NCBI GenBank assembly: GCA_052327205.1
Contig: JBMRGM010000038.1
Span: 11,904,001-11,968,000, forward strand
Direction: 5' to 3'
Source of the DNA: Somniosus microcephalus
Taxonomy: Eukaryota
Length of the DNA stretch: 64,000 nt
Shown: piece after piece, positions 49,748-59,443 of the stretch
How positions within the stretch are numbered: the first letter of the stretch is position 1
How the letters are laid out: each line of letters opens with the position of its first letter
Made by a program: the position numbers and the translations under genes
The notes under the pieces: model-generated
Told to the model about the DNA's origin: nothing
Seen by the model: the letters and a program-made list of their open reading frames with translations, nothing else
Databases searched by the model: none

Positions 49748-50467
49748 TATGGCTCTACATTTCTGAACTTTAGGGCTTCAGAGATTCCAGGGATTAAAAG
49801 CGTTCAAAAGATGAAATGGACCTCACTGTGGATCAGTTTTCTCTCACTCAAAGGTATCTGATTAGTGAAGTGAAATATAGAACAATTAAAGAATAAAGGA
49901 GAAGCCGCTGTAGCCCTTTTGACAGGAGAATAAACTCGCCATACATCTCTCACATTTCCCAGTTATAACGCAGTGTAATCGACTTGAAAGCTTCACTCTT
50001 TTTTTATCCACAGATACTGCCTGACCTCTTGAGAATTTCCAGCATTTTCCGTTTCTATTTCACATTTACAAAATTTACTTTTGTCACAGCAAGCTTAAAC
50101 ATAATGGCCTAGAAATTCAGTATAGCCACTTTTGGGGTAGTAAAGTCGGGCGGCCGCTAAAGTTTGCGCCCGCCGGAAAGTGGAGGGCAGTTCACCGAAA
50201 TTCAGTAGCTTTGGCCAAGGTGTTTGCTCGAGCGCTAAAACTGGCGATGCACGGCTATCCTTAGGTACTAAGCCGGCGGTGCAGACTGATACAGCCGAGG
50301 CCGGGCGCAGCGCAGGTGCAGTCATGTTTTGATTGACAGCAGACACCCTGGCGCCGGCCAGCTCTTAAAGGGGGAAGGGTCGACTTGGTCTGCTGCCACG
50401 CCCTGGATCCTGCAGCCCTCCAGCTAGGCCTGAACACTGCTGCTGGAGAGAAATAGTGCCAGGAAGG

Positions 50468-52702
50468 ATGGAGAGGGCCCGTGAGCGAGCGCAGCGCTTC
50501 TCTGGCCATGATTTAAAGGTGCTGGTTAGGGCTTTGGAGAAGAGAAGCCATATCTTGCTCCCGGACAGTGGCAAGAAGCCTCCCAACAGGGTGTACAGGA
50601 GAGCCTGGAGGGAAATCGCCCAGAAGGTCACAGCCACCTGCGATGTCCCCCGGACTGTTGTCCAATGCCGGAAGAAGTTTAACGACCTCACTCGGATTGT
50701 CAGGGTGAGTACCCTTTCCAGTGTCCTCCTCATCCTTGCATGTGCACCTCACATTATGGGCAAAGGGACCTCAAAGGCCTAATGGCCAGCCCTCATCCAG
50801 CAGCTATGGCACTGGCATGAACATCATTTGCACTTTCTGCACTTTACACACTGGCCAAGCTACTCGACCATGGGAGGCAGTGCACACAACAACAGGGCAC
50901 CACACTGGCCAAGCTATTCGACCATGGGAGGCAGTGCACACAACAACAGGGCACCACACTGGCCAAGCTATTCGACCATGGGAGGCAGTGCACACAACAA
51001 CAGGGCACCACACTGTACTTAGAAGCCGTCCTTTCTCTTGCAGGCCAAGCTGGCCCAGAATCTGAAGAGCTGGACTGACACCGGGGGAGGCCGTACCCAG
51101 TTCCAGGAGCTCAGTGACCTGGAGGAGCACGTGGGTCGACTCATGGGTTCCCGGGTGATTGGCCCCATTGCAATTGGAGATGCCGACCCTGTGCTGGGCC
51201 CCAATGGTAAGAACAGGACCTTTTGGACCTCTCTCGTTCCCCTTGCGCTTCAGATCAACATCTTTTGCCACTGTCCGATCAATGCGCAGAATGCCACCAC
51301 TCATGCCTCCCTCGCTGATGCCCTGTCCTCACTCTAAAGCTACTCTTGTGCCTTCCTGCTTTCAGCTGGTGAGGAGGCGGTCCCTGAAGCTGCGAGTGTC
51401 AGTCCCTCGGAAGAGGAGGACGAGGAGGAGCAAGAGGAAGGCGGCGCATCGGGGGAACCCTCATCCGCGCCAGGGGATGGCAATGGAGGGGACACATCTT
51501 TCCTGGAGGAGAGCCAGGGGGAAGTGTTGCAGGGGAGTGTAGCTCCTGTGCCCAGTGGCGTCCAGCCACGCGGGAAGGGTCAGGCAGCACGGCTGCCTTC
51601 TCCCCAGAGGGGGGAAGGGTTGCAGGGGAGTGTAGCTCCTGTGCCCAGTGGCGTCCAGCCACGCGGGAAGGGTCGGGCAGCACGGCTGCCTTCGCCCCAG
51701 AGGGGGTAAGTGTTGCAGGGGAGTGTAGCTCTTGGGCCCAGTGGCGTGCAGCCATGCGGGAAGGGTCAGGCAGCTCGGCGGCCTTCTCCCCAGAGGGAGA
51801 GTCCTGCCTCCAGTCCGGAGACGGTCCTCGCCCAGGAGGTGTGCCTCCTTGATCAAATGTCCGCGGACTCGGATCGTCGGCACACCGAGTTCATGGGGGT
51901 TGTGGCACGGTTGCCTGAGGCCATCGAGTCCCTGGCTCATAGTGTGTCCGATTTCGGGGCCTCACAGGCCAGGGGTTTCGAACAACTCATGGCAGCACAG
52001 GCCAGGGGTCTGGAACAATTCGGGGCATCACAGGACGCGATTCGGAAACAATTCGGGGCATCACAGGACGCGATTCGGGCCGAATTCGGGGCATCACAGG
52101 ACGCGAGTCGGGCCGAATTCAGGGCAGCACAGGACGCGAGTCGGGACGACTTCAGGGCAGCACAGGCAGCAAGTGGACAGTTGATCAGTGGTGCCGTGCA
52201 GTCAGTGGCTGGTCTGATGCGGGCACAGACCAGGGCAGTACGGGCACTCACTGCTGCCACATTCGCTGTGTCACACAGGCATCACCAGGGCTCCCGCCGC
52301 GCTGCTGCAGCACAGCGGTCTGGCCTTCACCAGATTGCTGCGCTTGCTGCAGTGCCAGCCCGGCCGAGTGCCAGTGTCTCTGGCGAGCAGCGAGCGCCTG
52401 GCATCAGCCAGCTTGCCCCCATTGCTGCAGCCACCACTGCCACTCCCCCAGCAAAGCTGCGACGAGCTGCTGGAGAGACTGCTGCTGCCCAGCCACAGCT
52501 GCAGCAGTCAGCAGCCGGCCCCTCAAGGGCCAGAGCTCGTCTAGGCCGACCCCCAAGGGCATCTGCCGTCACGCAATGTGCCCCTCAGGAGCCTTCCCCC
52601 AGCCTTGCAACACCCACAGGGCCCAGGTTGAGGCGGAGCAGCAGGTCAGCCAGGGGCCGGAAAAGGCTGGACAAGGACTCGCCCTCTCGGCACACAAAGT
52701 AG
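50468..52702 (+). pseudogene. Harbinger Myb/SANT-like DNA-binding protein gene, 3 exons (50468-50704, 51044-51206, 51366-52702), premature TAA at 51707
   Basis: RFS..DL..LV...W.EIA..V......RT..QCRKKFNDL motif; GT-AG introns with consistent phases; TGGG motif in exon 2. Confidence 0.85.
50847..51015. repeat. 54-bp tandem repeat x3 in intron 1 of the Myb gene
   Basis: acactggccaagcta...acaacagggcacc repeated. Confidence 0.95.
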
Positions 52703-52908
52703 AGTGTGTTGGCAAATGTTTTTTTATATGGGGGTGGTTGTGCTGTCTATGGGGGGGGTTCTTTTGGTAAGGCCGAGGATGAAGGCCATTTGGATGGACA
52801 AGTTTTGTTATTCCTCCCCAGGTTGTGGGAGTGAGATATGTATTTGAGTGTTTTTTGGGGGTGTTGTCTGTTTTTGGGTTTCATGTGGGAAGGGCCCTGA
52901 GTTTGTTC

Positions 52909-52928
52909 AATAAAGCTTTTTCTTTATT
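52909..52928. terminator. Adjacent poly(A) signals for the two convergent Harbinger genes
   Basis: AATAAA (+) 52909-52914 and TTTATT (AATAAA on -) 52923-52928. Confidence 0.65.
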
Positions 52929-53041
52929 CAGCTTGTCCATGTGTGATGTTTCAAGTGTTTGTTGCGTTAACCGGCTGAGGGCTTGCGGAGCGGTTGCATT
53001 CATGTGCCTTCATTGCCACAAGCCATTCCCTGACAGGGGGC

Positions 53042-54193
53042 CTAGAAGTGTCGTTGAATAAGCCGCCGACGGACGGCCCTTGGACCTTGTGGCTCCCTCC
53101 TGGGCTGGTACTCCTCCTCCTCCTCCTCCTCCTCGTCATGGTCCTCCTGCTCGTCCTCCTGAGGTGGTGGTCCAACGTGAGGTGGCAGTGCCTGAGTCCT
53201 GCGGATAGCCAGGTTGTGCAGCATGCAGCAAACGACGATGAACTAGGAGACTCTATCCGGCGAATACTGCAGAGACCCGCCGGAGCAATCCAGGCAGCGG
53301 AACCATTGCTTGAGGACACCAATCGTTTGCTCTATGATGTTCCTTGTGGCTTGATGGCTTTCGTTGTATGCCTCCTCAGCAGGGGTCCTGGGCGCGCGGA
53401 GCGGGGTCATGAGCCATGTACACAAAGGATAGCCTTTGTCCCCGATAAGCCATCCTGTTGGGGGAGGCTGTGCCTGGAACATGTCAGCCACAGTAGTCTG
53501 GCGCAGGATAAATGCATCGTGGCTGCTGCCTGGGAAGCGGGCATTGACAGCTAGGATGCGCTGCCTGTGGTCACACACCAGCTCTACATTGAGGGAATGG
53601 TAGCCCTTCCGGTTGCGGTAATCCTCGGCATTGTGGATAGGTGCCCGCAAAGCCACATGCATGCAGGCAATGGCGCCCTGCACCATGGGGAAGCCCGCTG
53701 TTCTCGCAAATCCGACTGCACGCTGCTCCTGCCTCTCTAGGGTCATGGGGAAGGAGATGAATTGGTGTCTCCTTGTGAAAAGGGCATCGGTGACCTGCCG
53801 GATGCAGCGATGCACGGCGAACTGGGATATGTTCGCTATGTCCCCAGCAGCGGCTTGGAAGGTGCAGCTTGCATAGAAGTTCAGAGCCACCGTGACCTTC
53901 ACTTCCACCGACAGAGACGTTCAGCACATCAGCTGTGGACGCAGATCTCTGTGAAGCAGCTGGCAGATCTCTGCAACCACCTCCCTTCTGAAGCGCAGCC
54001 TCTTAAAACACTGCGCGGCAGTCATGGTGAGATAGGACACCTGCTGGCGGTATTCCCTGAGTGGGTAAGGCCTACGTTGCCGACGCCTGATGGCCCCTCT
54101 GCGGCTAGGCATGGCTGCCCCTCTCACACAGTGTCTGCGAGCCCTTCGCACATAATGCTGGAACTGAGGGTTGGAACCCCATGCAGCCCCCAT
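53042..54193 (-). pseudogene. Harbinger DDE transposase (HARBI1-family) with two in-frame stops
   Basis: GFPMVQGAIACMH, NRKGYHSLN, PGSSHDAFIL, LIGDKGYP, YNESH..TRNIIEQTIGVLKQ, CCMLHN; stops at 53921 and 53243 in one frame; first catalytic D appears as A. Confidence 0.9.
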
Positions 54194-54695
54194 AATATAC
54201 TTGCAAACAGTGAAATCGCAATGAGTCAAATTTCCAAGCTCTGGCCAGAAGCCAAAAATACCTCTCCTATGTTGGCCCAAATCAGTAAGGTCTCTTCCTT
54301 GGTCTCTGTCCAGAAATCCATAGCACTAAAGTCATTGCAGCAAAATGGCAGCCCTTTATAGTTCAGTCTAAGTGCCCTTTAATTAGCGCTCCCCGAGGCC
54401 CGCAGGGCCCCTGCTGCGTTCCACTTCACAGTTCTTAACAGCACCATGCCCACATTGGGCGGGCGCGACTGAAGTTCCAGTTTGGGGCGCACAAAGGGCG
54501 TTGCACAACGAAATGACGTCATAAGTTGCGCGCGCAGCTGAGCGCGCGCAAACACTTTGCGCCGGCGCTCAATGTCTACTGAAGTTGGGCGTAGGCGCAG
54601 ATCATTCTGCGCCCGGGCGCTAAGTGCCTAGCGCTCGAAATCTACTCCTCCTATGGCGCTAACGGCTGGCGAACGCAACTGAATTTCTAGGCCAA

Positions 54696-54762
54696 TGCCC
54701 CCGCCCGAACCGGCGATATTTCGCGTATAAAGCGAACGTGATAATGACTACACTACGGGAAC
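54696..54762 (-). pseudogene. tRNA-Val-body pseudogene with TAT anticodon
   Basis: ttcgc-ttTATac-gcgaa; T arm partly deleted; Harbinger inserted at its 3' end. Confidence 0.75.
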
Positions 54763-55120
54763 CGCTGTATGCATGCTTTTAACAGAAGGGAACTGACCAG
54801 TGAACTCCCTCTGTGCTGATTGGTTCACCTTAAACAGCATCACTCAATGTAAAGGATGAGCTCACAAATAGGCACAGTGCAGTCTGGTCAATGTCAAGCC
54901 CCTCCTTTCTTATTCAACAGAGGAAGAAGAGACATGAACGGGAATCAGACGCCACAAACTTTAATTAAAGGGACAAATACGAGTAACACATACTTCCAAA
55001 TCGTTTCACTGAAAAATGATTTCACTTGATGTAAAAGCTGGCTGTGTCGAATCTGAAAATGAGCACTGTGAGGTATTTTGTTCACAACTGGTTCTATTCT
55101 CTGTGAGCAGTGAAGCAGAG

Positions 55121-55166
55121 GTTTCCGTAGAGTAGCGGTTATCAGGTTCACTTCACACGCGAAAGG
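55121..55166 (+). pseudogene. tRNA-Val(CAC) 5' half
   Basis: gtttccgtagagtagcggttatcaggttcacttCACacgcgaaagg followed by a deletion. Confidence 0.75.
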
Positions 55167-55252
55167 ACAAAATGCGTTATTGAAGTGTGTTTCGCCTTTC
55201 TTTCATTCTGTAAATTATGGTCATCGGCTATTCTTTGGTGATTGCAAAAGAA

Positions 55253-55298
55253 GCCTTCTAATTCGGAGTGAGACGCGCTACCGTTGTGCCATGAGGTC
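55253..55298 (-). pseudogene. tRNA-Trp pseudogene, 3' truncated
   Basis: Reverse complement gacctcatggcacaacggtagcgcgtctcactccgaattagaaggct matches the tRNA-Trp-CCA body. Confidence 0.75.
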
Positions 55299-55354
55299 TA
55301 GACAGCTTTCTACCCATATTCAGGTTGATATATATATACAAATATGGTAGCTGG

Positions 55355-55404
55355 TCCCTGGTGGTCGACTGGATTTCGCCCGGTTTCGATTCTCAATCAA
55401 GGAA
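55355..55404 (+). pseudogene. tRNA-Glu pseudogene with internal deletion
   Basis: tccctggtggtc...ggatt...gcccggtttcgattctc...tcaaggaa. Confidence 0.7.
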
Positions 55405-56263
55405 TTCCTTTTGACAAAAGATTTGGGAACAGTTCATTGCATAAAAAGTAATTCAAGTTTGTGAGACGATTATTAATTGCTTTAATCGCCATTAATAAAC
55501 ACATTACATTCTGTTACAGATTTAGCTTACAGACTCTCTTTGAGGGACACTTGTTCCCGGTTTAATTTTACAAACTGAGTGAGATCGCTGATGGCGGGGA
55601 GACACGTGGAGCTTCTGCGATCCCTCTGTGAAGTTGTGGAAGTGAACGCGATGGGCGTGTGTGCGGGAGAATCAGTGACATTATTTTAAAGAGTAGCGGA
55701 GGAGAAGCATTTAGAGCATTCAGTGTGGGACAGAAGTCAAGCAACACATTGCCGATCACCATAGAGGGAGGTCTCTGAGTCAGTTTCCCTTCTGCTAATA
55801 ATATAGAGCCAGCGGGTTCCTCAGTGTAGCAGTTATCACGTTCGAGCCCGGGTGCAAACATAAGTTGTTAAACTTGCTGCGGCGAACAACCAGAGGCGAG
55901 TTTAATCTCCTCGAAAAATGCAGCACCGGCTTCTCCTTTATTCTTTAATTGCTCTTTATTTCACTTCACTGAATAGTTACCTTTGAGTGAGAGAAAACTG
56001 ATCCACAGTGAGGCCAAATTCATCTTTTCTTCCCTTTAAAACACTGGAATCTCCGAATCCCTGAAGTTCACAATGTAAGTCATTAATCTGCAGGGTGGCC
56101 ATCATTAAGAAGACTTTTCTGTCTGGATCCGGGAGTGCAGCTGGTTTCACACTCAGGATTACAGCTACTGTCGTTCGAGTTTTATTGGGTAAGTGTATTA
56201 AGGGTTAAGGAAGCAAAGCTGGTACATGGAGTGAAGATACAGACCAGACTGCTTGACTGGTGG

Positions 56264-57376
56264 AACTGTCTCGAGGGGCTGAACAGCCTCCTCCTGTTCC
56301 TATGTAACAGGCTCAATGGGCTGAACAGCCTCCTCCTGTTCCTATTTAACAGGCTCAAAGGGGCTGAACAGCCTCCTCCTGTTCCTATGTAACAGGCTCA
56401 AGGGGCTGAACAGCCTCCTCCTGTTCCTATGTAACAGGTTCGAGGGGCTGAACAGCCTCCTCCTGTTCCTATGTAACAGGCTCAATGGGCTGAACAGCCT
56501 CCTCCTGTTCCTATGTAACAGGTTCGAGGGGCTGAACAGCCTCCTCCTGTTCCTATTTAACAGGCTCGAGGGGCTGAACAGCCTCCTCCTGTTCCTATGT
56601 AACAGGTTCGAGGGGCTGAACAGCCTCCTCCTGTTCCTATTTAACAGGCTCGAGGGGCTGAACAGCCTCCTCCTGTTCCTATGTAACAGTCTCGAGGGGC
56701 TGAACAGCCTCCTCCTGTTCCTATGTAACAGGCTCGAGGGGCTGAACAGCCTCCTCCTGTTCCTATGTAACAGGCTCAAGGGGCTGAACAGCCTCCTCCT
56801 GTTCCTATGTAACAGGCTCGAGGGGCTGAACAGCCTCCTCCTGTTCCTATGTAACAGGCTCGAGGGGCTGAACAGCCTCCTCCTGTTCCTATGTAACAGG
56901 CTCGAGGGGCTGAACAGCCTCCTCCTGTTCCTATGTAACAGGCTCGAGGGGCTGAACAGCCTCCTCCTGTTCCTATGTAACAGGCTCGAGGGGCTGAACA
57001 GCCTCCTCCTGTTCCTATGTAACAGGCTCGAGGGGCTGAACAGCCTCCTCCTGTTCCTATGTAACAGGCTCGAGGGGCTGAACAGCCTCCTCCTGTTCCT
57101 ATGTAACAGGCTCGAGGGGCTGAACAGCCTCCTCCTGTTCCTATGTAACAGGCTCGAGGGGCTGAACAGCCTCCTCCTGTTCCTATGTAACAGGCTCGAG
57201 GGGCTGAACAGCCTCCTCCTGTTCCTATGTAACAGGCTCGAGGGGCTGAACAACCTCCTCCTGTTCCTATGTAACAGGCTCGAGGGGCTGAACAGCCTCC
57301 TCCTGTTCCTATGTAACAGGCTCGAGGGGCTGAACAGCCTCCTCCTGTTCCTATGTAACAGGCTCGAGGGGCTGAA
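56264..57376. repeat. 42-bp minisatellite, ~26 copies, derived from a CR1 3' end
   Basis: AACAGGCTCGAGGGGCTGAACAGCCTCCTCCTGTTCCTATGT; single copy at the homologous position of the direct units. Confidence 0.97.
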
Positions 57377-58250
57377 TGCCCTCCCCCTTTTCCTATTGAG
57401 TTGCTACAATGCAATGCACCCGAGTGCTGGAGGGTTTCCGATGTGTAGCGGGGAGACACACGAAAACTCAACGGTTCGAAAGTGGGGAAAGGCAATTTAA
57501 TGCCTTTACTGCATTCAAATTTAGTTCATATGAAAACTGGAATAATTTACTTGTTTTTAAGCATAAATAAAAGACGCATTGTGAGTGAATTATGATATTT
57601 AAATGGTAGCGTTACAGCGAGTGAAGTAATTCTCAATGATATTCCCCATATAATTTGGGTTGCGATACTGTAAGGAGGAATTGGGGAAATTTGGCGCTGA
57701 TTTAGGGAATGACCCTCTCGCGTGTCGCTACTTGAGGAGGTGGGCCTTATTTTATTTAAAAATTAAGATTCGGAACTTTGTGACTGAGAATGTGGAAGCA
57801 GAACAACACAGATTAATAGAAAAACACAGGGCCAGCGATAGGATTCATATTACAGTTTCAATCGCTCCGTCTGGGTGTCCTTTCAATAAGTAATAAAAAA
57901 ACGCGTCTGTAAAAATGTCCCCCATCATGTTATGATGCAGGAAACTGAGACAGGGGAAACAAATTAACAGGGATATAGACAAGAGGATGAGAGAAGGGGA
58001 AAGATCCCGTTTCCACACAGAACTAATGCCGAGACTCCTCTGCTGCGCCTGGGGCGGCCTCCTGCAGCCCCGATACATTAACGTCCTAACAGCTCATTAA
58101 CTGTAGGAGTGGGACCGGGCGGTGCTTCAGCAGACAGGTCGAAAAGGCAAAGACACTGATTTGGTCTCAAATGCTCTGCCCATCAAGAATAGCCACACAA
58201 TAGATGGTTTTACAATGGTAATCTCTTATCTCGACTAATACCAGCCAATC

Positions 58251-58325
58251 CGCTCGTTGGTCTAGGGGTATGATTCTCGTTTCGGGGTTATTGGTTGAAA
58301 TTTGCGAGAGATCCTGGAGGAGCCC
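58251..58325 (+). pseudogene. tRNA-Pro(CGG) with 16-nt canonical-position intron (58287-58302); T loop deleted
   Basis: cgctcgttggtctaggggtatgattctcgt-ttCGGg-[gttattggttgaaatt]-t-gcgagag...gagccc followed by TTTT. Confidence 0.85.
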
Positions 58326-59443
58326 TAATTTTGCCCGTGGATTTTGAAATGAAGTTGAAACTGTTGCAAAGAAATAACTTCATTAATACGCGCTTTTCAC
58401 GAATTCAGGGCATCCCAAAGCGCTTTACAACCATTGACGTAACTTTGAAGTGTGGTAATGTGAACAAAGATTTGCCCAAATCGCCACCACCTGAATCTGA
58501 ACTCTTTGGGAAGGTGTTCAGTGCAAAGAATCAGACACCTCAATGACTTGGACTTTCTTTGAATGAGCTCTGCCTCTAACTGCACTCGAGCTTAAAACAA
58601 CACCTGGGCCTCCATCTCAGGGGAGCAGAGTGTGGTCGCTGTGCAGCAGTTAGCGAGTTGGTGACGAGCTTGGGGTCGAGCCGCGTCGCATTCGAGCTAT
58701 GAAATTTCACCAAAGGCCAGAGAAAAGATATGCTGAATGTAACTGTCCCTGTGAGCGATGAATTTAAGGGAACACTTAAAAACGTGCAGTGCACTAAAAG
58801 GGTTCCCAACATTAAATGTCAGAGTTATTAAGCATGCAATAAATAGTAATATCATTAACAACAGCACTTAGACAAACCCTTGCGAATTTTAGCCGGAGAA
58901 TTCAAATACGTTATAATTCCAAGTTCGATATACAATTTCGTCAAACTTTTATCGGATTCTAAAGTGTCTGCTCCAAACGTCACTTTGATATCTTATCCTC
59001 ACCTCTTCTACGGGATCATTTGCACGTTTAGTAGTGTTACCTAACACAACTGCACAACTTCTGATGGAAGGTCATCGAACCTCGGTTTCTCTCTCCACAA
59101 ATGCTGCCTGAACTGCTGAGTGTTACCAGCATTTTCTCTTCTTATTACCCGACCTTGTTACCAGAGTATCACTCCCCTTATCTCCTTCCTTACATGTTGC
59201 CTTGTCAGAAAAACAGACTCCTTTCGCACAACGGGATTTTCTGGTCCAAGCATTAATTGGAACAATAAATTCTTAAGGATAATAACAAATTGCAACATCT
59301 CAAACGGATGTAGCGTCTCAAACTAATACAACACCTCAAACTTACACAGTACCTGAAACTAATAAATGCCTAGAACTAATTCAGCACCTCAAACGAATAC
59401 AGCCCCTCAAAAAATTGCAGCTGCTCATACTAAGTCATCACCT

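Larger units (their letters stand above)
50106..54693. mobile_element. Full-length PIF/Harbinger DNA transposon (4588 bp)
   Basis: Perfect 16-bp TIR GGCCTAGAAATTCAGT, AAT duplication, convergent Myb/SANT and DDE transposase genes. Confidence 0.95.
13491..55250. repeat. Tandem tRNA-gene array, ~2.3-kb unit, ~10 copies, interrupted by TEs
   Basis: Val-TAC-type copies at 13491, 16335, 18568, 22774, 24150, 26455, 28787, 37815, 40499, 54696; uninterrupted spacings ~2230-2330 bp with colinear spacers. Confidence 0.95.
55800..58330 (-). repeat. Inverted, diverged copy of the tRNA array unit
   Basis: Val-TAC remnant at 55815-55860(+), Val-AAC remnant ~57433-57494(+), Pro at 58251(+); spacers are reverse complements of unit spacers. 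Confidence 0.9.

Noticed and set aside
53042-54193. Host HARBI1/NAIF1 domesticated genes
   Set aside because: Enclosed by TIRs and a TSD and carrying nonsense mutations, so this is a transposon copy
56342-57495. 303-aa and 239-aa repeat ORFs; CRISPR-like appearance
   Set aside because: Head-to-tail 42-bp minisatellite with no spacers, derived from a CR1 tail; no cas genes
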